Source: Candidatus Latescibacterota bacterium (GTDB lineage: Bacteria; Latescibacterota; UBA2968; UBA8231). From it: 64,000 nucleotides of DNA. Shown in pieces: positions 9,404 through 18,220 of this stretch. The DNA is taken from the NCBI GenBank assembly GCA_965248355.1, contig OZ252098.1, positions 1,390,098-1,454,097 on the forward strand, given 5' to 3'. Position 1 is the first letter of the stretch. Each line of letters begins with the position of its first letter. Below the pieces are notes generated by a model. The model was not told where the DNA came from. It did no database searches and saw only the letters and a program-made list of their open reading frames with translations. The position numbers and the translations under genes were made by a program.

Positions 9404-10254
9404 GACTTCGAGTTGGCCTTGCGGGGTCTGCTGGGGGGCGCCCCTGTCGGCCTCGTCCATCGCCCGTCTGCGGGCCACGTGGGAAGAGCAGTTCGAGACC
9501 TGGCAGCAGCGGCGGCTGGACGACCGGGAGTTGGTCTACGCTTGGGCCGACGGTATCTACGTGAAGGCCGGCCTGGAGAAGGACAAGGCGGCGTTGCTGG
9601 TCGTCATCGGAGCCCTGAGCGACGGCCGCAAGGAGATCCTGGCGATCCGTGCTGCGCGATCTTCGGGACCGCGGGCTGCCGGCGCCGCGGTTGGTGCTGG
9701 CCGATGGCGGCCTGCCGATCTGGAGCGCCGTCGACCAGGTCTGGCCCGAGGCCGCGCAGCAGCGCTGCTGGAATCACAAGATCCTCAACGTGCTCAACGA
9801 CCTGCCCAAGCGCGTGCAAGGCGCCGCCCGGGCGCTGCTGACGCAGATCCCCACGGCCAAGACCCGTCTGCAAGCCCAGAGACGACGCGACCGCTTCGTG
9901 GCCCGCTACGGCGAGGCCTATCCGGCCGCGTCGGCCACCCTCGAGCGCGACTGGGAGCGCATGGTCACGTTTTGCGACTTCCCGGAGGCGCACTGGAGGC
10001 ACCTGCGCACCACCAATCCGGTGGAGAGCCCCTTTGCCTCGGTCCGTTTGCGGACCAACGCGGGCAAACGCTACAAGCGGGTACAGGGAGCCACCGCCCT
10101 CATCTGACGCGTGCTGAGGGTGGCCGAGACACGATTCCGCAAGCTCAACGCGCCGGAGCTCCTGCCGGCGGTCTACGCCGGACGGAGATGCCAGGACGGC
10201 CAACCCGTCCAAGGGTTGTCCTCCACCGAGGAAGGAATCAAGAGGGCCGCCTGA
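9404..10254 (+). pseudogene. IS256-family transposase, C-terminal portion (frameshifts and an in-frame stop)
   Basis: Three frames carry, in turn, 'DFELALRGLLG', 'LVYAWADGIYVKAGLEKDKAALLVVIGALSDGRKEILAI', and 'CWNHKILNVLNDLPK...FPEAHWRHLRTTNPVES'. A TGA lies at 10105–10107 where a W is expected. The conserved tail 'RVLRVAETRFRKLNAPELL...' continues to 10254. Confidence 0.7.
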
Positions 10255-10627
10255 TCTCGTTTACACACCTTTTGACAGGACCTCCCGTCAGCGATTTGCC
10301 TGACGCCGCTGCAGGCCTTCAAGAAGGGGGTCCCAACCAAGCCCCGAGCCAAGGAGGCTGCCATGCAGAAAATCGCCGCCTAACCCTCATCCCCGAGCAG
10401 GGGCGAGTGTCAGGTCATTACCGTCACTGTAAACCCCGAGCCCAGGTCATTACCATCACTGCACACCAGTTCGTTAACCCTCTGGCGCTCGCGCAGGGCC
10501 TCCAGAGCCACCTTGGCTCCTTGACCTGTGCCGAATGCGTCTTCTTCCTCGCCATCCAGGCCCCTCCGGACAGTGGTTCGGTGCACGCAAAGTCTCGCTT
10601 AACCACCTGTCCAGGACTTGGGGTGCA

Positions 10628-11809
10628 TCACTGCCGCCGAGTTCTACCTGCGTTCTCACACAAAGACCGCAGTTCCTTAACTCGATCCAGCATGTCCAGA
10701 TCCCTGTAGGCATTCATCGCACCGTGCCATTGGGAAATGGCCTCTGGCACTCTGCCTATCCGGACGAGAAAGTAACCAAGGCTTGAACGCGAGTGTGCCA
10801 CTCCCTCCTGATTCCCCTCTAGTTGGAAAGCCTGCACTGCGGCACGCCACAGCTTCTCCGCCTCTCTCACATCCCCGCTTTCAGTACTTAATGATGCTGC
10901 GCGCGCATACACCACTGCCGGTGCCCTCTCCCCCGCAGCCTCGTAAGAGTGTAATGCTTCAATCACCAGTCGGTCCGCTCTACGGGCCTCCCCTGATCTA
11001 TCACATATCCAGGCTAACCTCACGGCCGCCACTGCAACGTGCAATGGGCGCTGCAGAAGTCGCAAGACCCTGAGTGCTTCCTCGAACCTGCCCCGAGCCG
11101 ACTCCCACTCCCCCCGTTCTGCGTGAATGTTGCCAATCTGCAAAGCCGTTAGGCCTTGAACGACCGACGGCTCCGCGTCTCTCAGCAGAGAGATCGCTCT
11201 GAGTAGAGCGCGCTCTGCCTCAGTCTCTCGCGATGACTCTAGGAAAAGCATGGCCAAGTCATGATATCCTCCACCCCTTGCCTCCTTACTCTCCTGTAGG
11301 CGGATCGCTGCCCTTAGCCGCTTCTCTGCCTCCAGCAGGCGACCCTGCCGTCGATATACATTGCCCAAGTTCTGTTCATCTACGGCCTGTGCGGCTCGAT
11401 CTCCAACCCCTCGGTGCCATTCGAGTGCGTATCCATGAAAAAGCTCCGCATCGTCCAAGTTCCCCTCAGAGCTTGCCAGCCATCCTAGGAAGCTGTAGTT
11501 GGCGGCAAGCCGGCCCTTGTCCTCTAGGTTCTTGTTGATCTCATAGGACTCCCAGACAAACTTCTCCGCCTGGATGCGGTTTCCTCGAGCCTCCTCTAGG
11601 TAGGCAAGCTCCAGGCACGCATCCGCAAAAATCCGCATCTCCTTCCCTTCAGAGGCAATCTCTCGGACTCTGCTCGCAAGCTCAGAACACCTTGCTAGGC
11701 CCCCCGCTTGCCTCTCTTGCTCCGCCTCCTTCAACCACTCCCTCAATTGCTGGACAGAACCAGATACGCGCTCCCTCTCAAGCCTTCGTGATTTGATGGA
11801 TCGACTCAC
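10628..11809 (-). CDS. TPR-repeat protein
   Basis: Repeated 34-aa units with W/LG/Y...A...A...P patterns through most of a 393-aa ORF. Local GC is about 56%. Confidence 0.55.
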   Translation of the reverse strand: MSRSIKSRRLERERVSGSVQQLREWLKEAEQERQAGGLARCSELASRVREIASEGKEMRIFADACLELAYLEEARGNRIQAEKFVWESYEINKNLEDKGRLAANYSFLGWLASSEGNLDDAELFHGYALEWHRGVGDRAAQAVDEQNLGNVYRRQGRLLEAEKRLRAAIRLQESKEARGGGYHDLAMLFLESSRETEAERALLRAISLLRDAEPSVVQGLTALQIGNIHAERGEWESARGRFEEALRVLRLLQRPLHVAVAAVRLAWICDRSGEARRADRLVIEALHSYEAAGERAPAVVYARAASLSTESGDVREAEKLWRAAVQAFQLEGNQEGVAHSRSSLGYFLVRIGRVPEAISQWHGAMNAYRDLDMLDRVKELRSLCENAGRTRRQ

Positions 11810-12337
11810 TGTCTATTGCCCATAGCCCAAACTGACTGCGAAGATTGGACATTCCGCTACGTCGAGGATACCTGGCGTTCTTGAAGAAAAAGAGAAGAGA
11901 GGATGGCCTCTTCCTTTGGGACGAAGAGTTGCACGGGGACGGAATGAACACGGGCTACCCACCAGCAACCCCACCCTGAGGACGCTCACCGCTTGCCGGC
12001 ATTCGCACTGACCCGTCTGAGCCGGACTTCGGCGCCGTCGATGGCGGAACGATTCTCAAGCAAGCGGCCGGTCCATGCGAACCCGCCGTCGGGGAGAGCT
12101 CCTGCGGTGCGGACCATGAATCCGGGTGGGAGTGCTACAAGCGAGTCCAGAGGGCGACGAGCTCTCATGTGCCGGGTCCTGAGAGTGGAGCAACGATTCC
12201 GGAAGCCCAACGCCCGCGAAACTCTTGGCTGCAGATCTGCGCCGGTCGGAGATACCAAAGGCGGCCAACCGTTCCAGCAGGGGGCCTCAACCAAGGAACG
12301 AAGTCGAGGGTCGCCCGATCTCCTTCTTGGCCACACC

Positions 12338-13855
12338 TCAGAACGGCGTCCAATCTGGGTCCCTGTCTTCCCCAGGATGGTCGACAATATGCTCTTCGGC
12401 ACCCCCCCCTATCGAGATCACGTAGATATCAGAAGCCCCTCCGTCTGCCGAGGAATAACCTGCGAAAGCTACCCGTGTGCCATCCGGTGCCCATGTGGGC
12501 GACCTTCTCAAGGACCTATCGACAGTGAGTTGTCTGGCCCCTCCGCCATCGGCCGCCATTACCCACACATGGCTCTCGGCGGGCCTGAGCTGCTCGATAA
12601 AAGCGATTTGTGTGCCGTCAGGCGACCAGGAAGGATCCCAGACAGGCCAGTCGTTGGTGGAGAGGCGCCGGACATCACCGCTTGGTAGCTGAATGCGAAA
12701 GATGGCCGAGAGGGTGTCCCGCAAGCTGACATAGGCGATGGACCGGCCGTCCGGTGACCACCTCGGATTGAAGGCACTCACCGGATCAATGGTTAGCTGC
12801 TCGGCGTCGGTGCCGTCGGCCTTCATCACAAAGATATCCGTGTTGTAGAAGCCACTTCCTTTCCGTTGCTCGCGCTCACCGTGACGATCCGATGCGAAGG
12901 CGATTAGCCGACCGTCAGGCGACCAGCAGGGATGCCCGTCCCACGCCTCGTGCTGGGTGAGGTTTATCGGCTGGCTGCCATCGGCGCGCATCAGGTAGAT
13001 CTCGGCGTTCCCATCCCTAAACGAAGTAAATGTCACTCTCAACCCGTCAGGCGACCGAGATGGATGAACTCCGTTCCCCGCCCCCGCTCCGTTTGGAGCA
13101 GGCTTCGTGCTATCCGGTTGCGAGCCATCCGATAGGGCGGTCATACTCAGAGCGGCGGACAGATCGGTGACCTCTCCTGTCTCCAGATCGAGAGAGTATA
13201 GTTCGAGATCGCCTCCAGGGATCGACCCGCTCCGCCGGCTTGAAGAGAACAGCAACTGCGTCTCCCTCAAAGGCGCGACATCGTCATTGGTGAAGCCTGA
13301 CCACTCCGGGGGTGCCTCGAAGTCCACGGTGACGCCCCGTTCACGCAACCCGGCCAGAAAGACCGCCGTTTCCCTGCTCAGCGGATTGCCAGCCAAACCC
13401 AGGCTCTGGAGGCTGTCCAGTCCCGCCACCGCCGACACATCCCGCACCCCATTGTCCGCTAGCAGCAGCACCTGCAACCGCTTGAGCGACGCCAGCGCCG
13501 AAATGTCCTCGATCCGGTTGCTCTCCAGATCGAGAAAGCGAAGCTGCTGCAGTCCAGCCAGGGGAGAGATGTCGATGATCTCGTTGTGGGAGAGGTCCAG
13601 GGCCTCGAGCCGCGTAAGCTGTTCGATCCCGCCCAACTCGGCGATGCCCCGGTCCTCGGCACTCAGGGCGGTCATCTCCGCGCCCGCTTCAGACTCATGG
13701 ACCGCCGCCTGCAGCGCCGAGTCCCGGAAGGCTAAGGCAACTCGGCCGGTTCCACCCGGGTCGGGTCCGCCTGGTCCACGACGGCTTGACTCGCAGCACG
13801 TAAGGGCGATCAATACAAGAAACCCCGTTGCCTTGATGCCCCATGTCGGCGCCAT
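12338..13855 (-). CDS. Secreted leucine-rich-repeat plus PD40/TolB-like beta-propeller protein
   Basis: Signal-peptide-like start 'MAPTWGIKATGFLVLIALTC'. LRR units 'LDLSHNEIIDISPLAGLQQLRFLDLESNRIEDISALASL...'. The C-terminal half has repeated 'SP/WSPDG..IAF' PD40 motifs. Confidence 0.6.
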   Translation of the reverse strand: MAPTWGIKATGFLVLIALTCCESSRRGPGGPDPGGTGRVALAFRDSALQAAVHESEAGAEMTALSAEDRGIAELGGIEQLTRLEALDLSHNEIIDISPLAGLQQLRFLDLESNRIEDISALASLKRLQVLLLADNGVRDVSAVAGLDSLQSLGLAGNPLSRETAVFLAGLRERGVTVDFEAPPEWSGFTNDDVAPLRETQLLFSSSRRSGSIPGGDLELYSLDLETGEVTDLSAALSMTALSDGSQPDSTKPAPNGAGAGNGVHPSRSPDGLRVTFTSFRDGNAEIYLMRADGSQPINLTQHEAWDGHPCWSPDGRLIAFASDRHGEREQRKGSGFYNTDIFVMKADGTDAEQLTIDPVSAFNPRWSPDGRSIAYVSLRDTLSAIFRIQLPSGDVRRLSTNDWPVWDPSWSPDGTQIAFIEQLRPAESHVWVMAADGGGARQLTVDRSLRRSPTWAPDGTRVAFAGYSSADGGASDIYVISIGGGAEEHIVDHPGEDRDPDWTPF

Positions 13856-14027
13856 GTTTGGGGCAATTCCAGACTTGCCCCTACAGGCGTCTTCTTCTCT
13901 CCCCCCGTGCGTCCCTTTCCGAAACCGTCTTGAACCCGTACAAATTGGATACAAGCCGATCATGCGGGGACCTCATGCCGATGGCTGGAACCCGCACTCG
14001 AGGGTACCCCTCCCACCTCGCTCTTCC

Positions 14028-15680
14028 TTAGAAGCTTCCACACTCCGGTTCCTCTATGTCCAATACGAAGCCTAGCTGAGTTGCTAGGCCTCGTCGCACT
14101 TCCCCAAGCCCTGCTCTAATCTCGGACGCTCTCACTCTCCGGGCAATTCGGCCATCTAGCCTAGCTATCAGGCTAATCGAATCTTCCGTCGCGCTCCCCT
14201 CCTCCCCCAACGAATGAAGAACCTCCCGCAGCAATGCAGTTCCCTCTAGGACCCGAAGCCGTGGATTTCTCTTTGCCCTAGCAAGCAATTCCTCTCTGCG
14301 CTGGACCGTCTCTTCTCTTCCTGCTCCAACGGGTACTAGGCTCCTGTATAGAGAATCAACCGAGACTCCCCTAGCCTCCGCTGCCGCTCCTACTGCGTAT
14401 GCTTCCGCAAACTGACTAGTCGCCCTAACTATCTCCCGGTACACCATGTGATCGTGTTCACACACTTCCTCCATAGGTAGATCTGATGTTGAAACAGTCC
14501 CCTTCGCAGATACCGCAAGGGTATCAAGGCGCCGACTCGTGGCCAGCAGCCCTGGTCCATCGCCTTCCACCGCACGTGCCATGCTAGCCCTCAAGACCCC
14601 GACCGTAATCTCACCGCGCACTCTCCTACCATTGACAAAAACGGTGGGCGTAGCACGAACGTCACATGCATGCCCAATTGCCATGTGGACACTTAGAGCA
14701 TCGCTCAATTCTCCCTTGTCTCGCACCTCTTCATAGCCCTGCGAAGCTATCCCTGACTCCTCTATCACATCCCAAACGACGCCTTGATCAAGCATCCCTC
14801 GATGGCCCATCAGACGGTCATGGAATTGCCAAAACACTCCCCGTTCCTCTGCAAAAATGGCCGCCTCATGCGCCGGAAAGGCGTTCTCATGAAAGGGTAG
14901 GGGAAAATGGATCAGTTCAAGCCTGACCATTCCCGGATCCTCACTAGCTAACACTTGCACCACGGAGTCAGCCCTAGCGCAGAACGGGCACTCGTAGTCG
15001 TAGAACACGGTCAATCTAATGGGCGCTCCGACGTCGCCAAACCCTGGGGCCACCTCCACCGGGCTTCCGAGGGCCTCACACCTAGGGCCCAGGGGTCGCC
15101 TTATCAGATACCGCACACCAAAGCTCTCGCGAAGCTTGCGCAGAAGAGAAGCTCTCTCACTCCGCAAGTACTTTGCCGTCAGGGCCTCACGCACCAAGAC
15201 TAGGAACCCCCGACTGGGATCATCCCAAACTCCCAGCCGGCTCAACAGCCGTCCCCGCTCCCTAGCGCTTGACGTATCAAACCTTCCTGAGGACCTCAGA
15301 TCCTCAATAATCCCCCACAGCCGCTTTTCCACCTCGACATGAATTGCACTTCCCAGATTGTTGGCGGCCAGCTCATCGGAGAACAGAACGGAATCCACTA
15401 GCTCCACTTGGCGATCGAAGATCGAGTCCTTCGTGGAAATCACCCGAGCATCCTGCACCATCTCTTCATAAATTTCCAGGTCACCTACTCGGCCCACAAA
15501 CCGAGACTCAGCGAAGCTCCGCACTCCCGACCCCGAGCCTGCCAAGAGCAAAACGACCAGCCACACCAACGGCAGCCGGCCCACTCGACCTCCTGGAGTG
15601 AGAAACGCCCGGAAATACCTACCCGCCTCTCCGCAGCAATGCCGATGCCCATGGTTCACCTTCCCCCTGGCTTCTTCCAT
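14028..15680 (-). CDS. DsbA-like thiol:disulfide oxidoreductase (thioredoxin-fold) protein with an N-terminal TM segment
   Basis: Thioredoxin 'YDYECPFCA' (CPFC) active site. An N-terminal TM 'LPLVWLVVLLLAGSG' follows the chosen start 'MEEARGK'. Confidence 0.55.
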   Translation of the reverse strand: MEEARGKVNHGHRHCCGEAGRYFRAFLTPGGRVGRLPLVWLVVLLLAGSGSGVRSFAESRFVGRVGDLEIYEEMVQDARVISTKDSIFDRQVELVDSVLFSDELAANNLGSAIHVEVEKRLWGIIEDLRSSGRFDTSSARERGRLLSRLGVWDDPSRGFLVLVREALTAKYLRSERASLLRKLRESFGVRYLIRRPLGPRCEALGSPVEVAPGFGDVGAPIRLTVFYDYECPFCARADSVVQVLASEDPGMVRLELIHFPLPFHENAFPAHEAAIFAEERGVFWQFHDRLMGHRGMLDQGVVWDVIEESGIASQGYEEVRDKGELSDALSVHMAIGHACDVRATPTVFVNGRRVRGEITVGVLRASMARAVEGDGPGLLATSRRLDTLAVSAKGTVSTSDLPMEEVCEHDHMVYREIVRATSQFAEAYAVGAAAEARGVSVDSLYRSLVPVGAGREETVQRREELLARAKRNPRLRVLEGTALLREVLHSLGEEGSATEDSISLIARLDGRIARRVRASEIRAGLGEVRRGLATQLGFVLDIEEPECGSF

Positions 15681-15688
15681 CTTGCTTT

Positions 15689-16474
15689 TCACTCCGTGAA
15701 ACGAATACCCAAGAAGGTTGCTGGGGCGAACAGCAAGGGCCCGGTGTCGGCCCATGTACTCCAATCTGAGAATTCTGGCCAAAATGAGTGCGCCGCGAAA
15801 TTTCCTCTCCAGATCTCACCTCTCGGTGCACCCGCCACGAAGAGGTCGCTAAACGGAATAGCCATCTCAACTACCCAGCTCTCCCTCATCCTCCCTACCC
15901 CAGTCAAGAGACCCTTCGCGTCCCACCGCACTCCATCCAAGAATGCCATCTCCACTAGAGTCTCGTCAGAAGGCGTTCCATCCCTTCGAATCTGCTCCAC
16001 CGCCTGCTCTGACGGCCACCACCTATCGTATACCAGATTGTCTGCATTCACACAGATCTGGAAGAAAGGACCACTTCCACTAGCTTCTGGCTCCAGGAAG
16101 ACTTCCACATCATCACTAGATAGCGCAATTTGCTCATCATCGCGCGCAATCCCTGCTCGTTTCACTTGCCCCTCAACACGATAGGGTGTCTGAAAAGACA
16201 CATAGAAATACGTAGAGTCAAACTGAACACACACATTCGTCCGAGCCATGGGCACGATGGCGCGGCCTGAGGTCGTCACCTTCAGATCAATACAACTTGC
16301 CCCTCCCCATTCCCCCGCACCTAGATCACCATCCACTCTTACCCCCTCAACGGCCACAGGCACTACCAAGTGCGGAGTGACTGTCCCGTCCATTGGCTTG
16401 CTCTCACCACTGACCATCCCGACTGAGCAGATGATCCCCCCGACAAGGGCCAATAGTACCGCATCCTTCCCCAT
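15689..16474 (-). CDS. Hypothetical secreted protein (possibly CBM9/DOMON-like)
   Basis: Start chosen at 'MGKDAVLLALVGGIICSVGMVSG' (signal-peptide-like). The long ORF extension upstream would overlap the neighbouring gene. Confidence 0.35.
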   Translation of the reverse strand: MGKDAVLLALVGGIICSVGMVSGESKPMDGTVTPHLVVPVAVEGVRVDGDLGAGEWGGASCIDLKVTTSGRAIVPMARTNVCVQFDSTYFYVSFQTPYRVEGQVKRAGIARDDEQIALSSDDVEVFLEPEASGSGPFFQICVNADNLVYDRWWPSEQAVEQIRRDGTPSDETLVEMAFLDGVRWDAKGLLTGVGRMRESWVVEMAIPFSDLFVAGAPRGEIWRGNFAAHSFWPEFSDWSTWADTGPLLFAPATFLGIRFTE

Positions 16475-16628
16475 CGCCAGTTTCCTCCCCTCTCTCCTTA
16501 CCGCCAGTTCCAACCCAGACGCCGAGGAGGCTCCCCCGGAAAGCAAGAAGAGGCGCGCGCGCTTTCCGACGGAGCCTCCCTTTTGGGCGTGCTCTGGCAA
16601 GTCTTGTCCTGGAACCTCCCAGATCCCC

Positions 16629-16934
16629 CTAAGGCACCAACACGCACTCCCAGTGGCAGAACATATCCACCATCGTATTTGGGCAATAGTAGGCATCTCC
16701 ATTGCTACAGGAGTCCAGCACTGGTTTCCAACTGTATTGGGAATTGCAGTTGTCGTCACACTGCTGCTGCGCCGTGCCGTATATGTCCGCAGGCACGTCG
16801 CAGTTGTAGGTGCTGCAACTCAACGCCGCGCCGCACCGATACGTCAAGGGCGTCTCACCACAGGTCGGGTTGTTTCCAGCAACAGGTACGGCCACGCCGA
16901 CATACGCGGCTGCCAACCCCAACCCAGCCATCAT
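16629..16934 (-). CDS. Small cysteine-rich secreted protein (12 Cys in about 80 mature residues)
   Basis: Signal-peptide-like 'MMAGLGLAAAYVGVAVPVAG' followed by a Cys-dense mature region (CGETPLTYRCGAALSCSTYNCD...CDDNCNS...CSNGDAYYC...FCHWEC). Confidence 0.4.
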   Translation of the reverse strand: MMAGLGLAAAYVGVAVPVAGNNPTCGETPLTYRCGAALSCSTYNCDVPADIYGTAQQQCDDNCNSQYSWKPVLDSCSNGDAYYCPNTMVDMFCHWECVLVP

Positions 16935-17113
16935 TCGGGAGACAACCCCCCGATTCTCCCTTGGGTCACCAGAAACGATTGCCATGTGCGTACTTCCCTC
17001 CCTCTTCTAAAGGGTTATGTGGAAAATGCCTCTCCAAAAAAGCGCGCGCCTCATAACCAGAATTCCCTCACTCACAGTCCAAGTGGTTGGCCTAGCCTTC
17101 TCAAGGCCAATCC

Positions 17114-18220
17114 CTAATCGTTCACTCCGTTCACTCTTGGATGATTCCTAAACACCACGGCCGCATCTTCCAAGAGTGCAGCCGAAGGCTGCACGTAGAT
17201 CTCGTGCAGATCCACTAGGGAAGGAATCCTCAATTCCTCTGGAGTCAACTCGTCTCCGAGAATGGCGGAGACCCACAGTGGAATCAGTAGGAACCGTTCA
17301 TCTCGGTGAATCTTCGCCATGTATTCTATTGCGCGATGCCACCTCGCCATCTGACTTCCGGCTCCTCCACTGCGTCTGCCTTCCTGATCATGATACAAAT
17401 GGTAGGTCCTAGCTTCTGATACATGGACGACGCCTACATCCGCCTGCATCAACCTGTACCCCAGCTCCCATCCCTCACTGAATTCAATCTGCTCATCAAA
17501 TCCCCCTACCTCCAGAAACGCACTTCTTGGCACCGTCACATTATGAGGAAAAAAAGCCACCCAGGCAAGTCCGCTGTCTGGCCAAGCCAGGAGAAGTTCC
17601 TCAATTTGCTTCTGTAGTACATCCTGCCCTGGAAAAGGATAGGCACCTTGCACGGACCTAGATCGTATCTTCTCGAAGTAACCTGTCACCATCTCAGGCG
17701 AGACCCGGACATCCAAAGATCCATCCCTCAAGTGTCGCTTCACAACGCTGGAGATGACGACATCCGCCTTCAATTCCCCACTCGTAGGGTCATCGACAAA
17801 CTCCAAGGTCGGTATACACCACAGACCTCCGGTCAACGCACAATGCCGGCGCATGTCGACAGTCCCCAAATAGACTTCCAACCATCCTGGGTCCGGAAGC
17901 GCGTCCCCATCCAAGAACATCACACACTCGCCTCGCGCCACAGACGCACCCACATTCCGAGCCTTACACCTCCCCTCTCTCTTGGAAAGACGCACTTGGC
18001 GTATCACTAGACCTTGGGACTTCCAATACTGCACCCTGACGTGGCTATTGTCATCGCATCCATCTAGGACCACTACAATCTCATACAGTTGCCTGCTGAC
18101 CGTCTGCGCACTAAGGCCAGCAAGAACCAAATGCAGTCGATTCTCCTGATTATGTGTAGCAATTACCACACTGGCCAGAGGACTCAATCGAGAATCTCCG
18201 CCTCCAGGTGGGTCCACCAA
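17114..18220 (-). CDS. Family-2 glycosyltransferase (GT-A)
   Basis: 'SVVIATHNQENRLHLVLAGLSAQT' and 'FLDGD' (DxD). The start was moved to a TTG or GTG near 18215–18220 to avoid a 112-bp overlap with the upstream gene, and is uncertain. Confidence 0.55.
   Translation of the reverse strand: MVDPPGGGDSRLSPLASVVIATHNQENRLHLVLAGLSAQTVSRQLYEIVVVLDGCDDNSHVRVQYWKSQGLVIRQVRLSKREGRCKARNVGASVARGECVMFLDGDALPDPGWLEVYLGTVDMRRHCALTGGLWCIPTLEFVDDPTSGELKADVVISSVVKRHLRDGSLDVRVSPEMVTGYFEKIRSRSVQGAYPFPGQDVLQKQIEELLLAWPDSGLAWVAFFPHNVTVPRSAFLEVGGFDEQIEFSEGWELGYRLMQADVGVVHVSEARTYHLYHDQEGRRSGGAGSQMARWHRAIEYMAKIHRDERFLLIPLWVSAILGDELTPEELRIPSLVDLHEIYVQPSAALLEDAAVVFRNHPRVNGVND

Larger units (their letters stand above)
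5286..10290 (+). mobile_element. IS256-family insertion sequence, heavily disrupted (boundaries approximate, ±10 bp)
   Basis: Imperfect terminal inverted repeats: 'tatcgaaaggtgtggaaaaagag' near 5293 matches the reverse complement of 'ctcgtttacacaccttttgaca' near 10257. Mutator-type transposase fragments run from 6807 to 10254. Without the nested elements the length is about 1.35 kb. Confidence 0.6.
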
